From the IMG/VR virus record IMGVR_UViG_3300042862_000066, positions 32,001 through 96,000 of that record: a stretch of 64,000 bases of DNA, one strand, 5' to 3'. Under the pieces are notes generated by a model. The model was not told where the DNA came from. It worked only from the letters and a program-made list of their open reading frames with translations, and did not search any database. Positions 21,934-31,610 of this stretch are shown in pieces. The number at the start of each line of letters is the position of its first letter. Within the stretch, counting starts at the first letter, position 1. The translations under genes were made by a program, and so were the position numbers. The DNA comes from a virus.

Positions 21934-24900
21934 TATCTTGGTGAGCTAAGCAATTTATTATTAACCACTTTAAGAAGCATCTTTACATTATCGGATACAG
22001 TTCTTATTAACACAATGTGGTTAGCATAGTGTCTGAACTTCTTCCGTTCGAAAGGAGACTTATTTAAGTTAATGTTGTTAGTATTTAATGTACGAATATA
22101 ACCGTTAAGTTCTGTATTCCAAACAGGTTGCTGTACTAAAATTCCTCCAGTTTGAAATTCTCCACGATCTCTTGTGAAGTCCCAGAACTGATTGAATCTA
22201 TACTTCTGCTCTTCTTTAGAATAAAGGATATTAATAATTCCTGTTAAAGTATCTATCTGAGGATAGTTTACGATTACTGGTGCATTGTTTTTTGGACTAA
22301 GATTTAATCTTAGGTTACCGGAAACCTGCTCATTATTATACACGATTGCTTTATCGAAGTTATAATCTAATACTTCATAACGATCTATACCGTCTTGGTC
22401 ATATACGTAGCATTCTAATAGATACTCTATACTTCTTGTAGTTGTTACGGCTTGGCCAGTAGCTGAGATATAATCTATCTCAAATGGATAATCTGCGCCG
22501 TAGTAGTTACAGAACTTAGAAGTGTTATTATAGTGCTTCCATATCTTACCAATTCCGTTATCAGTCTTAGTAGTAAGGAATCCTTTGATATTAGAGATAC
22601 CTAATTCAGGATGCCAGTCGTGGAAAGATAACCAAGCTTTAATTTTAGGATCAAAGCTGATTGTCCAAGATAGGTTATCAAAGTATATGGGATCACCTAA
22701 TTCTATTCTAGCATTATCAAAATAGAATAGCTGATCTTTTGGAGAATAAATTACGCTATTTAACAAATGATCTTTAACCTTGTAATCAGTTTTAGAAAAA
22801 TAAAGAATCTGATTTTCGTTATCAAAAGTTGCCTGACAACCAATACCTACTACAGGGTTTCCTACAAGGTGATAAGTAGGGAATTGTTCTAGTAAGAAAT
22901 AAGTTAGGTATTTAGAAAACCACCACTTCATTCCTAAATCGGAGATCGGTTGCATTCCCTCGGATACTGTAAAGATCTTACCTTGTGAAGAGCTCATCCA
23001 GAATACCCCAGCTGGAGTATTGATTATGGATAGTCTATCTTGGCAAGAACCGTGTTGGAATTCTACATCAGCATTACTTAATGTTTGCAACGGCTGACTA
23101 AATAATCCCCCATCTCCAATAGTAATCTTTGTGCCTGATGTAGTCTGAAGAGTATCAACAGCATTAAACATTAACGGGCTATTCTTTTCTAAAAGGATAA
23201 TTGCACCATTTCGGTTAATAGATTTAAATGCCGTTACTCTACTATCGAAGTCATAATAATTGTTTATCAGGAATATTCTCCAGTAATCTTTTTTATCCTC
23301 AGCACTTGATTGTAGAGAATATATGACTCTAAATGGAAAATATTTATAGCAGCTTTCAGCAGTAAAGGGATCATACGACATGCCTTGCGCTGTTCCAAAA
23401 GATATGTAATTATTCATTGTACGAGATACCCCTAGAGAAATATCGTACTTATAATAGTTTCCGTTCTTAATAATATTCGTATCAAACAATGCTTCGGTAT
23501 CCGTGTAACCATAAGGATCGTAGATCTGTTCTTCCGGTCTATCTCCGTAATCTCTATAGTCAGCATTATATTCAGATTCAACAAAGAAGTCTCTAATACC
23601 AGATTGGAATAAATACATGTACGCACTCCTTACGCCTAATCTAAATCTACCATGTCCTTGAGAGTATCCTGTAGTATAAAAACCAGTTCCTATATTACCA
23701 CCATCTAAATTATAGAAAGCATATGCTCCGATTTTAGTCTGTGTTTGGGACGCATTAACGTTTCCTGGATTAGTAATAGTAATTTGAGAAAATGCAGCAC
23801 CAACTTGTTGGATAAAATCATCGGCTGAGAAACTTTGGAAGTTAGCCCAAAAGCGAGGATAGGTTACCATATACTTTAGAGTATAGTTTATCTCAACCCC
23901 GTCTGGTACATTATATAACCAGTCATAAAAATAAAAGAATGTGTTCTTCTCAGTATATCTGCTAATGTAAGTATCTCCACCAAATATGTCAGGGGTACTT
24001 TGAACAACAACTTGTCCAGCAAGAGATTGCGGAAGAGGCGTTTCACCAAAAAGACCGGATCTAATTAAATGAGAACATCCTGTAGTAATCTGATTGGTCG
24101 ATGCTATCTGACCATACTGGTTTCTAAATCTAACTTTTAAAGCTCCGTGATACGCAGCGCCTGTAGCATAAAACTTACCAGCACTAGGATTATCATTAGT
24201 AATACCTTTATTAACTACACCTGTCTGTGCAAGCTGTACAGATCCAATTGTTTGAACAGATCTATCTACAACTGCTGCGACATTAAGCATTGTTCGACTA
24301 GTGTGAATAGCAACACATCGTGATCTATAGAGATTATTAACACGTTTATCTCCAAGTATTTGAAACTGATTATCTAGATAAGTACTTTGTACTATTCGAC
24401 GACGCGTATTCCCTAGAAGGATTCCGCCCTTTTGAAATTTAAATAGTTTTATCTCAGAACGAGATCGCATAACGTATTCTCTAAAAGGTACAATAGCTCT
24501 AATTAATTCTATAGCTTGTTCTGTTCCTTGTGCCCAGTAGTAACCAAATGCTAAGAATCCACCAGCTGCTTTAAATCCATTAGGAGTATATCTATAATCA
24601 GATAATTCAGTACTGTTATCATACCTAGATCCTGTTCCTCCTACAACACCACTTAAAGTTACGTTTATACCTCCCCACGCCAAAGCTAATGTTGCTAATG
24701 CAGCATCCTGACCACTTACCGCAATACCAGCGTTATTAAATACGCTAGATAGAGCTTGGCTATAAGTAGCAGCTGCAGTAGCTGCTAAAGCACCATTTAT
24801 ACTAGAAGAAACAACGGTAGTCGCACCCGTACCATTTATCCCTGAGTTTTGTGCACCAGGGCTAACTGAAGTGCGAATATCTCTACCTCTCATTGCTCTA

Positions 24901-27164
24901 AAAGCAATACCTAATCCTACAACAGCTCCTATTAATAAAGCCATGTTGGTAAGTAGCTTTTCTTTAGGATGTCCTGGTACTGGCTCAAAGCGACCCTCCA
25001 TATTATAGTTAGAACCTTTTTCACCATAGAATTTTAATTCTACTGCAGATAGATAAGGGTATTCAAAATTAGTATCAGGTGAATGAAATGTATAGTAATC
25101 TCTTTTTAAATAAGTGGGAGGGCCCAGCGACGTAATATTACTACTAGTCTCATCACCTGATACAAGAGTAAAATCAACACTTTGATAGTTACTTACATAG
25201 TTAGGATATAGTATTTCAGTATCGTCTGCCTGATAATTATTAGATGGTCCGCGCTCTTTATATGAACGCATGTTATTTACAATACCTTTTGCAATAACTG
25301 ATTTATTTCCTTGACGAGAAGATCTTAATATCTCGTATCCTACAATACCTGGTATAATTTTACCATCGTTATCTACAGGTGCTTTTATGTTAGAAAACTG
25401 CGCACCTAGTATTCTAATAGCTACAGGAGTAGTTGGTGTAACACCAAGTATAGGACTATCAACTCCATCTATTGATCTAATATGCGAAAAGTTATCGTTA
25501 TTATAAAAATCACCTATGCCACTTCCATCTGAATGGAAAACGTCTGATGGCATCTTGTGATGGCGAATGTTTCTACCACATAAATCATAGGTATAATTAT
25601 TTGCATTAATTGTAAATAATGATGGATTAGATGTAGGATTCCAAACCTCCGGTTTATTGTCAGGATACTTTTCTGTAGATTCCCAGTATCCCATTTTACC
25701 TCTTGCTATTATAGTACCCTGTGTAAGAGAAACAGGATAGTTTGATACAGGTAAGGACAAGGCATTTGATGTAGGGTATGCTGTATTATATACCTCCCAA
25801 ATTTTTGTTTGATAGGTATTATCCTCTTGCCATTCTATATTATCATCTGATGCTGTACCTGCAATAGCCTCTTCCCAGGCAAATGGCGGTCTACCCGGTA
25901 TATGGTATGAGCTAGATTTTTTGCCATCGTTATATACCCATCTAATCCAAAAGGCGTATACCTCATCTCGCATGTAACCTATTATATTACCGCCTTTTTT
26001 ATAGTAGTCAAACGGTTGCTCTGTCATTATCCATTCCGTACCAATTTGATTTGCAAAAGGCTGGTAATTAAAGTCTAACCTATCTGTAGGAGCAACTCTA
26101 ATTAAATAACCGTTGACATCATACATAGCTTCTGACTTTTCATAGCCAGGTGTACGCAATGGGACAGTACCAAGAGGCACTACGTTTAATGTAGGCGCTA
26201 TAAAGTCAACACTTAAACTTGTAGTTCTAGTGCTATAATATCCAATTTCTGTAGCAACTGTTTGTTGATTTGTTGTAGATACAATAACCAATTGAAACTG
26301 CTCAAAATTATCTGTATCTAAATTTGAAAACGTAATGTCTAAAGAGCTTCTTGCGTTACCATGAACAAACAAGGATTGTATTTCTGATGGATTAAAATAA
26401 TCTGTCATTCTTTGCTCATTCAATGAATAAGCTATTACAGCATAATATGACCCGTTTAATAATTGTCCTCCGCCTAAACCCCTACTTATAGATACGCAGG
26501 GTATTGACATAAGTTGACTTAATCTTATTTTATCGCAATCTAACTGAAGAGGTAAAAGAGGTTCGCATACTACACAATATGCCCCTCCTCCTGGAGTTGT
26601 ACCATTTGGATCATTTGGAGATGTATTAGTTAACTGACATACATAGGGTACTCCGGGCCAAGGTTCATTATTAAATATATTTGGGGAGGGACCTTCTAAA
26701 GATCCTATGTTCATAACCCGACTAGGATTTAATCCATCGTCCCAATAAAGGTCATAGCTACAGTCAAACTTAGCTTTGGAATCTCCAATTATTAAATTTT
26801 GTCTATTGAATGATAAACATCTATCATTTACAATAGCCGTGTATGTGCAAGAGGGCTGGTGAAATAATCCTATTTCACAATCAGTATCATCGGTAGAGTA
26901 TATTATAAAATAATCTTGGACAACAGGGATGCTACCAATAATCGTATAAGGCGCCTGCGTACAAAATTCATTTGCCGGCTCATTACCTAGTAGACCAATG
27001 TCTCCAGACTTACTGTTATTTGCAGCATTCCTTGCATGATTCCACGTTCCTTCTGGAGCAAAACTAACATCGTAGTCTTTAACCATTCCTTTGTTAAAGG
27101 AGTTAGTCGTAGAATCAGATGATTGCTGAGAAGGGTTATTACTAGCTTGTTGTTTTTTAGCCAT
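21933..27164 (-). CDS. Tail muzzle / stabilization protein (1743 aa)
   Basis: Starts TNSFNKGMVKD...WNHARNA, contains GYMRDEVYAFWIRW and SWTISFDPKIKAWLSFHDWHP, the hallmark segments of the crAss-like muzzle; follows ring-protein genes. Confidence 0.85.
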   Translation of the reverse strand: MAKKQQASNNPSQQSSDSTTNSFNKGMVKDYDVSFAPEGTWNHARNAANNSKSGDIGLLGNEPANEFCTQAPYTIIGSIPVVQDYFIIYSTDDTDCEIGLFHQPSCTYTAIVNDRCLSFNRQNLIIGDSKAKFDCSYDLYWDDGLNPSRVMNIGSLEGPSPNIFNNEPWPGVPYVCQLTNTSPNDPNGTTPGGGAYCVVCEPLLPLQLDCDKIRLSQLMSIPCVSISRGLGGGQLLNGSYYAVIAYSLNEQRMTDYFNPSEIQSLFVHGNARSSLDITFSNLDTDNFEQFQLVIVSTTNQQTVATEIGYYSTRTTSLSVDFIAPTLNVVPLGTVPLRTPGYEKSEAMYDVNGYLIRVAPTDRLDFNYQPFANQIGTEWIMTEQPFDYYKKGGNIIGYMRDEVYAFWIRWVYNDGKKSSSYHIPGRPPFAWEEAIAGTASDDNIEWQEDNTYQTKIWEVYNTAYPTSNALSLPVSNYPVSLTQGTIIARGKMGYWESTEKYPDNKPEVWNPTSNPSLFTINANNYTYDLCGRNIRHHKMPSDVFHSDGSGIGDFYNNDNFSHIRSIDGVDSPILGVTPTTPVAIRILGAQFSNIKAPVDNDGKIIPGIVGYEILRSSRQGNKSVIAKGIVNNMRSYKERGPSNNYQADDTEILYPNYVSNYQSVDFTLVSGDETSSNITSLGPPTYLKRDYYTFHSPDTNFEYPYLSAVELKFYGEKGSNYNMEGRFEPVPGHPKEKLLTNMALLIGAVVGLGIAFRAMRGRDIRTSVSPGAQNSGINGTGATTVVSSSINGALAATAAATYSQALSSVFNNAGIAVSGQDAALATLALAWGGINVTLSGVVGGTGSRYDNSTELSDYRYTPNGFKAAGGFLAFGYYWAQGTEQAIELIRAIVPFREYVMRSRSEIKLFKFQKGGILLGNTRRRIVQSTYLDNQFQILGDKRVNNLYRSRCVAIHTSRTMLNVAAVVDRSVQTIGSVQLAQTGVVNKGITNDNPSAGKFYATGAAYHGALKVRFRNQYGQIASTNQITTGCSHLIRSGLFGETPLPQSLAGQVVVQSTPDIFGGDTYISRYTEKNTFFYFYDWLYNVPDGVEINYTLKYMVTYPRFWANFQSFSADDFIQQVGAAFSQITITNPGNVNASQTQTKIGAYAFYNLDGGNIGTGFYTTGYSQGHGRFRLGVRSAYMYLFQSGIRDFFVESEYNADYRDYGDRPEEQIYDPYGYTDTEALFDTNIIKNGNYYKYDISLGVSRTMNNYISFGTAQGMSYDPFTAESCYKYFPFRVIYSLQSSAEDKKDYWRIFLINNYYDFDSRVTAFKSINRNGAIILLEKNSPLMFNAVDTLQTTSGTKITIGDGGLFSQPLQTLSNADVEFQHGSCQDRLSIINTPAGVFWMSSSQGKIFTVSEGMQPISDLGMKWWFSKYLTYFLLEQFPTYHLVGNPVVGIGCQATFDNENQILYFSKTDYKVKDHLLNSVIYSPKDQLFYFDNARIELGDPIYFDNLSWTISFDPKIKAWLSFHDWHPELGISNIKGFLTTKTDNGIGKIWKHYNNTSKFCNYYGADYPFEIDYISATGQAVTTTRSIEYLLECYVYDQDGIDRYEVLDYNFDKAIVYNNEQVSGNLRLNLSPKNNAPVIVNYPQIDTLTGIINILYSKEEQKYRFNQFWDFTRDRGEFQTGGILVQQPVWNTELNGYIRTLNTNNINLNKSPFERKKFRHYANHIVLIRTVSDNVKMLLKVVNNKLLSSPR

Positions 27165-27166
27165 GA

Positions 27167-28120
27167 TTAAACACCGTTATTTACTCTTAGGTTACTCATT
27201 GGACTAGGATATGACTTAAACATATCATAGTACTTACCATACATTGCTTTACGATTCATAGTCCATACCTTTTCCATCTCAGAGAAATTAGGAGTATTAA
27301 CTACAGAGAGGGCATTATTTCTTGCTCCGCGATATTCCTGAGCAACCAATTGAATTTGATTAGCTACATTTACCCCGTCCATCATTAAGTTTTCAAGTAT
27401 ACGTTTCTTCAATCCGTATTCATAATACTCGTTAAGATAAGGATGATCAGGAACCATTAAATGTCCATCAGCATCCTCTAAAGTTCCCTGGTAGTTTATA
27501 TAAATTTTAGCTTCATCTGTACACTGATTATTACCATCAGTACTTCTACGGTCATGATGATCACGCGTATTAAGATAAAGCCAACCGTCTTTAATATAAG
27601 CTTCATCTCTTGCCATAGACTGAAGATTTGGACAATCGCAATCTATAAATTGTGAGTTTCTAAATCTAATCGGAGCAAATGTTTTATATGTTCTAGTCTG
27701 ATTATTAATTACTTGAATCAACTGATACTCCGTACCACATTGTGTTAAGCATACTGGTTGGGACGGTAAGGATACGTCTGAACAATAGTTAGCCTCTACC
27801 CAGGGTCTCCATTCTGGAGTAACATCTTGAATATTAGTACCTTGCGGCATACTTACGTTCTCTGTGTATTCTCCGCATATCAATGCGAAGTTCATTACAA
27901 AGAAATCATCCGGTAAACGAACGCGACCTTTTTCTACGTATAATAATCTTTCTTTAGTCATGTATATACGTAGACCAAGATCATAATTGATACGTGTAGC
28001 TACTTTAAGTAACTGCGAAGGATCTACGCTTCCATCGGTAACTAAACTTTTTAAATCAAGCTTGACATCTTCAAGTAGTGATTCAAAAGTTCTATATTTA
28101 AGAGTATAATTATAGTTCAT
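27167..28120 (-). CDS. Tail ring/tubular protein
   Basis: KERLLYVEKGRVRLPDDF, YIKDGWLYLN, IYINYQG...DGHLMVPDHP motifs; directly upstream of the muzzle as in crAss-like phages. Confidence 0.75.
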   Translation of the reverse strand: MNYNYTLKYRTFESLLEDVKLDLKSLVTDGSVDPSQLLKVATRINYDLGLRIYMTKERLLYVEKGRVRLPDDFFVMNFALICGEYTENVSMPQGTNIQDVTPEWRPWVEANYCSDVSLPSQPVCLTQCGTEYQLIQVINNQTRTYKTFAPIRFRNSQFIDCDCPNLQSMARDEAYIKDGWLYLNTRDHHDRRSTDGNNQCTDEAKIYINYQGTLEDADGHLMVPDHPYLNEYYEYGLKKRILENLMMDGVNVANQIQLVAQEYRGARNNALSVVNTPNFSEMEKVWTMNRKAMYGKYYDMFKSYPSPMSNLRVNNGV

Positions 28121-28785
28121 GATCTAAGCGGGGATTGTTTATCTGAAATAAATTGATCTTGAGGTATCTGAAGAGACTTAAAGAAGTCAGCAACAACCTG
28201 TTGTTCTATCTCTGCAAAAAGCTCAGGAGGTACTCCTAGTAATTCGTCTTGACGTTGCATACAAGGATCCTCACAAGAGAATCCCATAACGCCTGCATCA
28301 AATATTCCCTCTACTGATAATCCTTCCCATTCAACATTTGGAATATAGATATAGTTATCCATAAGCCAGAAGTAAGTGTTTTTGTTATACCTAAAAGCAG
28401 ATGTCTTACTCATACTATTGTATAAGGATGGAGTTGTCCGATAAGCCTCTGTAAATCCATCCATAGATGTTACTGTACGTAATAGCGGGCCTTGGGGTCC
28501 TTCCATTACATTAGGTATTCTAGTTTGTGTACGTTTAATTGTACAGCCGGATTTAGGTTCACAGCATGCTTCTACTTTGTCTACATCAATTAGCGGTATA
28601 CACGGTAAGCGTTTAAACATACTGGAGAATTTTGTTCCCGTTCCCTGGTTACTTTGACGCTTAATGTATACGCTAGCGTACTTCATTATAAGGCTATAGA
28701 TAACACGGTCTGTAACAAAGTCATCCATGTCTACAGCCTTAATAATGTTTCTAACTCGAGATACTGCTTCTCCTACTGTTTTCAT
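28117..28785 (-). CDS. Tail ring protein
   Basis: DDFVTDRVIYSL, CIPLIDVD, YFWLMDNYIY, VEGIFD motifs; syntenic with crAss ring proteins. Confidence 0.7.
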   Translation of the reverse strand: MKTVGEAVSRVRNIIKAVDMDDFVTDRVIYSLIMKYASVYIKRQSNQGTGTKFSSMFKRLPCIPLIDVDKVEACCEPKSGCTIKRTQTRIPNVMEGPQGPLLRTVTSMDGFTEAYRTTPSLYNSMSKTSAFRYNKNTYFWLMDNYIYIPNVEWEGLSVEGIFDAGVMGFSCEDPCMQRQDELLGVPPELFAEIEQQVVADFFKSLQIPQDQFISDKQSPLRS

Positions 28786-28787
28786 AA

Positions 28788-29375
28788 TTAATCTATTAGA
28801 TCAAATTCGTTATATTCTTTTAACTTTTCTTTTGTCTGCCTAACTATTCGATTCTTCATACTTGCCTTATCAAATAGCTTTGATACAGTAAACATCTTAT
28901 CTATTACTATAAACTTCTTCCAGTTATCTCTGAACTCTTTAGTAACAGCCCGTTTAAAATATCGGTTAGCAGTAAATCCCCACAGAACTCTATCTCTTAG
29001 TTTATATCGAGACTGGTAGTTACTATAGAATATCTTACTAATGTAACCATCTGTATCCCAGTTCTTATGGGTAACTTTAACGCCATACTTAATTGACTTA
29101 CCATAATCCACGTTTTCTTTAGTAGGTTGCTGACAAGCACCTATAAATAGATAACCTAGATTTTCTGGTAACTCTATACCATCTCTGTTTTCAATTGTTT
29201 CTCTCCAAAGCTTTTCGTTAAAAGCCTTTACTATTTTTTTAGTTAACGCGTGGTCAACATCTTTATGTTCTGGATACTTAGCTTTAAAGTCTTTAAGATA
29301 CTGTTTAGTAATTAACTTAACTTTTGGTGCTCTATATCTTGGGGCATTTAGGTCTGGTTTTTTGAAGTTCTGCAT
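28788..29375 (-). CDS. HU/IHF-like DNA-binding protein of the tail module
   Basis: Basic; KKIVKAFNEKLW...GIELPENLGYLFI matches the HU/IHF helix-strand pattern; conserved position in crAss-like phages. Confidence 0.7.
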   Translation of the reverse strand: MQNFKKPDLNAPRYRAPKVKLITKQYLKDFKAKYPEHKDVDHALTKKIVKAFNEKLWRETIENRDGIELPENLGYLFIGACQQPTKENVDYGKSIKYGVKVTHKNWDTDGYISKIFYSNYQSRYKLRDRVLWGFTANRYFKRAVTKEFRDNWKKFIVIDKMFTVSKLFDKASMKNRIVRQTKEKLKEYNEFDLID

Positions 29376-29439
29376 ACGCCTTAGTACAATTTACGAAATT
29401 TATTCTAGCTTTAAAAGTAATACATCATTGAATACTAAA

Positions 29440-29447
29440 CAAATATA
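29440..29447 (-). promoter_or_regulatory. Bacteroidota sigma -7 element TATATTTG
   Basis: caaatata on + strand, just downstream of a terminator and upstream of the IHF-like gene. Confidence 0.5.
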
Positions 29448-29450
29448 GTG

Positions 29451-29478
29451 AAAAACCCCCAAGCCATTGCCTGAGGGT
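29451..29478 (-). terminator. Intrinsic terminator
   Basis: ACCCTCAGGC-AATG-GCTTGGGGGT-TTTT on the minus strand. Confidence 0.7.
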
Positions 29479-29488
29479 CTCTCTTGTT

Positions 29489-29518
29489 TAGTCACGCTAA
29501 ACCAACAAACGTGGACTA
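29489..29518 (-). ncRNA. Candidate 3'-UTR hairpin/sRNA with loop UUUGUUGGUUUAG
   Basis: UAGUCCACG-loop-CGUGACUA starting at the TAG of the 188-aa gene and followed by a terminator; loop complementary to AAACCAA leaders. Confidence 0.35.
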
Positions 29519-30082
29519 TAATGCCGGTAGTGTCTTTATAATTATAATAGCGCTGGTAGAACTTGCTCCAGCATCTATACAATTTGTTCTTACTTGAAAA
29601 TAATAATTAGTATTAGGAGTTAACAAACTAAGGGTATAACTATTAGTAGTTAGGTTAGCCGTAGATGTCCATATCCCAGGAATAGTTCCGTAATCTACAT
29701 TATAATAATCAGCTCCAGTAAGTTCCCAGGTAAGTATGATAGCTGTAGTACCTACATAACTAGGATGCACGTTGATAGGTGGCAAACAGTCAAGGTCTAC
29801 ACTTTGTACAGACATAGCCTGATAAGCATTTTCTAATGATGCTCCTGCTGGTAATGCGGGATAATTATCACCGCCTGCAAACCAATTACCAAACTGATAT
29901 ATAGAATATAGAGAACTATGTTTTACACAGGTGTCTATAATAGTCTCAAAGCACGGAGTTGGATCCGGGCAAGTTATATCAGGGGGACATGTAAAGACAG
30001 CAGCAGTTGTAAGGGGTAAATCCTTACAACTGCATTTGTTAGTTGATGATACGGTATTAGAACCGCAAGTTGTGCAAGCCAT
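29516..30082 (-). CDS. Cys-rich tail appendage protein with C-terminal FN3 domain
   Basis: CxxC-rich N-terminus; VGTTAIILTW...YNVDY...LTPNTNYYFQVRTNC is a classic FN3 signature. Confidence 0.75.
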   Translation of the reverse strand: MACTTCGSNTVSSTNKCSCKDLPLTTAAVFTCPPDITCPDPTPCFETIIDTCVKHSSLYSIYQFGNWFAGGDNYPALPAGASLENAYQAMSVQSVDLDCLPPINVHPSYVGTTAIILTWELTGADYYNVDYGTIPGIWTSTANLTTNSYTLSLLTPNTNYYFQVRTNCIDAGASSTSAIIIIKTLPAL

Positions 30083-30094
30083 ATTTTTAATTTA

Positions 30095-31573
30095 TTAAGC
30101 TGTCTCTACTGATTGATAAGCGCAGTCTTTTATAAGACCGCCTATAATAACTCTTACTCTAACTTGATAAGTAGTACTTGCTATAAGTCCAGATAACGTT
30201 CCTGTTATAGCACCTACTGCTGGGTTTACAATAGTAGCTGTTGTTACTACAGCCGTTAGACCATTGTTCCAACATTCTACAATATATGTTACACCGCCTG
30301 CGATAGCATTAGCAAAGCTAAAGTCTATATAGTCAAAAGGTGCGCCTACAGCATAGCTCATAGCTGGACAAGTATCATTGTTTTCTACTCCTACTGTTAA
30401 GCACTTATTACATGTAAGGTCTCCGTCAGAAGCACATACATCTAGTTTAACTGTGTAGTCTGTGAATAAACTTAGTAGGGTAGTTGAAAGATCAATATTT
30501 TGAGTAGCTCCTCCAAGATTAGGGATTACTGAAATTTGCTCAGTATATGTTAGACCGAATGCATCAGTAATTGTAATAAACATACCGCTTGCAAAACAGT
30601 CTACAAAAGATCCGGCAGATCCAGTAAATGCTACTTCTATATTAGGGCTAGTAAATTGAGCATCCATTACTATTTGAACATCATCACAACTTGTATTACA
30701 ACAGTTTGTAACTACGCTTTGTAGAGCAGAACGCATGTCGCATAATGTAACCCATAGGTTATTTACAGCTGCTGACATAGTATTAACATCTCCTGCGTTT
30801 ATCCAACCTGGTAAGCCGGTCATTGCTATTGTAGGATTGCTTAAGGTTGGCGATGCATCAAGATTAACACATTGCTGTCCAATAGCTGATGTAATTGCTA
30901 CAGGATTCCCGGTAGCCGTTTGTAAAGCACAGAAATCTGCTTCAAGAGCTTCTACAAACTCTACTATAGGAATATTACTACTACCTGTTAGTACGCATGT
31001 CCCAGAAGCAATAATAAGTTGATCCTTAACAGATTTAACTAGACCCCCTGCTGGAAATACAACCTGCGCGATAGAGTCAATCTCTTTAGTATGCTGAGTA
31101 AGAGTTTTATTTATGGTTACTGTACCTTCTATAATTCCACAAATAGTATTTCCAATTAACGTAGCAAAGTCAGTAACTGAAAGTTGAACAACCATATCCC
31201 CTAAAGGATTAGGAAATTGCAAACATTCAGGAACTGGTACTAAGCAAGCTAATGTAGTAGCGCAATCAGCAGGAGTCATAGATGCGGGAGTACTTTGCAT
31301 AGCGCAAAGCTGATCCAAAATAAATTGGATAATATCTTTAACACTCTCCGGTCTAGGGGAAATAGGAGGAAAACAATCTACGTCAAATCCTGATACTTTT
31401 AAATCATCAAGAAGAGTACATAACTGTACAGCCATCTTATAAGTTACATCGGAAATGCTATCTCCTTTGCATAAGTTAATGCAGGAGATGTCTGGTCCTT
31501 GCCAGGTAACACAGTTACTTGATAACGGTGTACAGCCTCTCTGTGTATTTGTAGGTTCTAGTGGAAGTGCCAT
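30095..31573 (-). CDS. Cys-rich tail fibre-like protein with C-terminal FN3-like domain (492 aa)
   Basis: CTPLSSNCVTWQGPDISCINLCKGDSISDV N-terminal motif, helical xxLC segments, GLIASTTYQVRVR at the C-terminus. Confidence 0.7.
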   Translation of the reverse strand: MALPLEPTNTQRGCTPLSSNCVTWQGPDISCINLCKGDSISDVTYKMAVQLCTLLDDLKVSGFDVDCFPPISPRPESVKDIIQFILDQLCAMQSTPASMTPADCATTLACLVPVPECLQFPNPLGDMVVQLSVTDFATLIGNTICGIIEGTVTINKTLTQHTKEIDSIAQVVFPAGGLVKSVKDQLIIASGTCVLTGSSNIPIVEFVEALEADFCALQTATGNPVAITSAIGQQCVNLDASPTLSNPTIAMTGLPGWINAGDVNTMSAAVNNLWVTLCDMRSALQSVVTNCCNTSCDDVQIVMDAQFTSPNIEVAFTGSAGSFVDCFASGMFITITDAFGLTYTEQISVIPNLGGATQNIDLSTTLLSLFTDYTVKLDVCASDGDLTCNKCLTVGVENNDTCPAMSYAVGAPFDYIDFSFANAIAGGVTYIVECWNNGLTAVVTTATIVNPAVGAITGTLSGLIASTTYQVRVRVIIGGLIKDCAYQSVETA

Positions 31574-31610
31574 ATATATAATTTACTGTTTTTTTATCTA
31601 TTATCAAAAT

